From an uncultured Candidatus Peribacteria bacterium (GTDB lineage Bacteria; Patescibacteriota; Gracilibacteria; Absconditabacterales; Absconditicoccaceae): 64,000 bases of DNA. The position numbers and the translations under genes are program-made. This document shows, piece by piece, positions 62,163-64,000 of this stretch (positions are counted from its first letter, which is position 1; each line of letters starts with the position of its first letter). The DNA is taken from contig CAYLWY010000001.1 in assembly GCA_964387665.1 (NCBI GenBank), positions 10,075 through 74,074 on the forward strand, read 5' to 3'. A model generated the notes under the pieces. That model saw only the letters and a list, made by a program, of their open reading frames with translations. It did no database searches and was not told the origin of the DNA.

Positions 62163-63290
62163 TTAGGGTAACTCCCTTCTTTGAATTGTGTCTGAATTAA
62201 TTTCTCTAACTCCTTTTATAGTGACTTGAACAGATTTGTTCAGTTCTCTAAGCGTGTCATTTTTACCTTTAATCCTGCCGGTCTCTTCAATCGATTTGGC
62301 GTCATAGCCTAAAATAAAATCGACTACAGATTTAAGGTTCTTTTCAAAATCGTTCTGGTACTCCCAACGTTTTTTCTCGTAAGGTGTTACTCTATAACGA
62401 TTCCCTTCAGCGTCTACGATTACCTCCGATTTCTCAAATAACGCCTTTTTTACTTGGGCTATCTGTTCTTGGCTGTATTTTGTACCTGCGATTTCGCCGC
62501 GCGTTAGGTAGTCGTTCATTCGCTTTACCTGCGCCTCTGCTTGGGCTTTCTTTTGTTGTTCCGCTTGCTTCTCGGCTTGCTTGAACTGTTGGTACATTAA
62601 TCCGGCCCTATCTCTGAAGTAGTTCTGTGCGTCTTCTACTACGCTCTCTACTTCGGGATCTTCTAAATCACGGTAAACATAACGATCAATTTTATCTTGT
62701 GCGAAACCTTTGTCCGCATAAAATTGTGTTAATATCTGGCGTGCGTATTCTTCGTAGTTGTCGTCTTCTGGGTCAAGTTGAACTTCCCCCATTATACGAT
62801 ACGCGTCGGCCTGCGTGATTGCTTCTTTCGGAACACCTGACTTAATTAGTTTCGCTGTTTCTAGAATTTCTGGATCGTAACCCTTCTCCTGCATTTCTTG
62901 TAAGAGCCTGGTGCGAACCTCTTGTTCTATAAGCGATTCTTTGTGTGTCCGATAGACTTCTTCTAAATCCTCTTCAGAAAGATCTTCGGGTACTTCGTAC
63001 TCATCTGGAAGGTAGCCTTTGCTTTTCCAGTCTTTGGCTATAATAGCTATTGGATTTCCGGATATTTTTACATCGTATTCAAGTTCCTCTTTTTCAGGTT
63101 CTCGAATAGGTGCGTCATTATCATCATCCTCTAACTCTGGTGCGACATGCGATTCCGTATCTTTTCGGATAATTGGTTCATCGCGACCTTCATCTTCTAA
63201 CCTATCTAAATCCTCTACTAATGGATCTTTTCGTAGATCGTCTTGTAGTAATTCAAACGGTGTTAATGGGGTTCTTTCAATTGTTGTCAT
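62163..63290 (-). CDS. probable scaffolding protein (375 aa)
   Basis: The composition is highly acidic, Glu/Lys/Gln-rich and helical, consistent with a coiled coil. It lies between the portal-like and capsid-like genes. Confidence 0.55.
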   Translation of the reverse strand: MTTIERTPLTPFELLQDDLRKDPLVEDLDRLEDEGRDEPIIRKDTESHVAPELEDDDNDAPIREPEKEELEYDVKISGNPIAIIAKDWKSKGYLPDEYEVPEDLSEEDLEEVYRTHKESLIEQEVRTRLLQEMQEKGYDPEILETAKLIKSGVPKEAITQADAYRIMGEVQLDPEDDNYEEYARQILTQFYADKGFAQDKIDRYVYRDLEDPEVESVVEDAQNYFRDRAGLMYQQFKQAEKQAEQQKKAQAEAQVKRMNDYLTRGEIAGTKYSQEQIAQVKKALFEKSEVIVDAEGNRYRVTPYEKKRWEYQNDFEKNLKSVVDFILGYDAKSIEETGRIKGKNDTLRELNKSVQVTIKGVREINSDTIQRRELP

Positions 63291-63356
63291 GGCAAATGTC
63301 TTAATTTTTTATTTACTGGCAAAGTGTTTGGTTAACAAAAATGAGTCACCTATGCC

Positions 63357-64000
63357 TTATGACCGATTTTTGGTTGCTTGATTTTTATATTTCAAATCGG
63401 CTTCGTAATATTTGAAGTCCAATTCGTTTTCTTTGATCTCTTCATCAATTTCTTTCATTTTGCTATCATGTTGCATTTGTTGAATAGCCTTTTCTAATGA
63501 GTCGTTTATTCCGTCCCTATTAACGTCGTTGGCATTTTGTAACAACATAGCGTTTAATTCCGCCATCTGTATCTTAGCCTGTCTGTCTCTTTCGTTTTGT
63601 TCTGCGGTGAACGCCTGCTGTAATTCCATCTGTGCCTTCTGCATCTCAGCTTGTTGTTGTGACATGCTCTGTTCGTGTTGGCGCTGTTCTTCGACTTGCT
63701 TGATTCTACGACGTTCTGATTTATCGAGAATGTCTTTAATCTCGCCCATAGATCTAGCTGATACCACTTCTGCAATATCGTTTACAGATCCACCGTTTTG
63801 TAATATCGTCATAGCTAATTGGCGCATTTGCTCCAAACGTTCTGATTCACGGAAGTCGTCTACTACGTACAGACCAAGTTCGCAAGCTGCGAATGGTTCC
63901 ATGGCGTTTTCCAAATAAGCCTTACCGAAATCATCTAGCAATACACTTTTAGCGTACTCGTTATTTTTAATCGCCGCCAAGGATACATCCAATAAGGCGT
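63357..64000 (-). CDS. probable portal protein, C-terminal part (5' end outside window)
   Basis: The frame stays open to the window edge, so the track start (a TTG) is an internal Leu. The Gln/Glu-rich C-terminal helix resembles a portal barrel. It is positioned upstream of the scaffold gene. Confidence 0.45.
   Translation of the reverse strand, partial: ALLDVSLAAIKNNEYAKSVLLDDFGKAYLENAMEPFAACELGLYVVDDFRESERLEQMRQLAMTILQNGGSVNDIAEVVSARSMGEIKDILDKSERRRIKQVEEQRQHEQSMSQQQAEMQKAQMELQQAFTAEQNERDRQAKIQMAELNAMLLQNANDVNRDGINDSLEKAIQQMQHDSKMKEIDEEIKENELDFKYYEADLKYKNQATKNRS

Overview
This 64-kb window looks like a gene-dense stretch of a tailed dsDNA phage genome, organised as two convergent blocks. 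The plus strand (1-16325) carries early and replication genes. These are a DEDDh exonuclease, dUTPase, family A DNA polymerase, a RecA-fold helicase-like ATPase, an SSB-like protein, a DnaG-like TOPRIM primase, RNase H, and a class II-type ribonucleotide reductase interrupted by two LAGLIDADG inteins. The same strand holds a small RNA locus: two aberrant tRNA-like genes flanking a strongly structured RNA candidate. The minus strand (64000 down to 16322) is one almost gap-free late block. It starts in the podovirus-like order portal (partial), scaffold, capsid, followed by three tiny and extremely basic proteins. Next comes a run of cysteine-rich virion proteins, including 1258-aa and 2160-aa giants; the 2160-aa protein has an embedded TlpA/thioredoxin-like WCGPC domain. 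Further down are a collagen-like fibre next to a glycosyltransferase-methyltransferase fusion, a membrane-anchored PAS protein, and a set of large presumed ejection proteins. The last of these is a 3404-aa multidomain protein with two PARP/ART-like modules and two HExxH motifs. A-rich leaders without Shine-Dalgarno-like sequences suggest a Bacteroidota-type host, but this is inference only. I saw no CRISPR array, integrase or transposase. All function calls rest on motifs read by eye from the supplied translations and sequence, and none were verified by database search.
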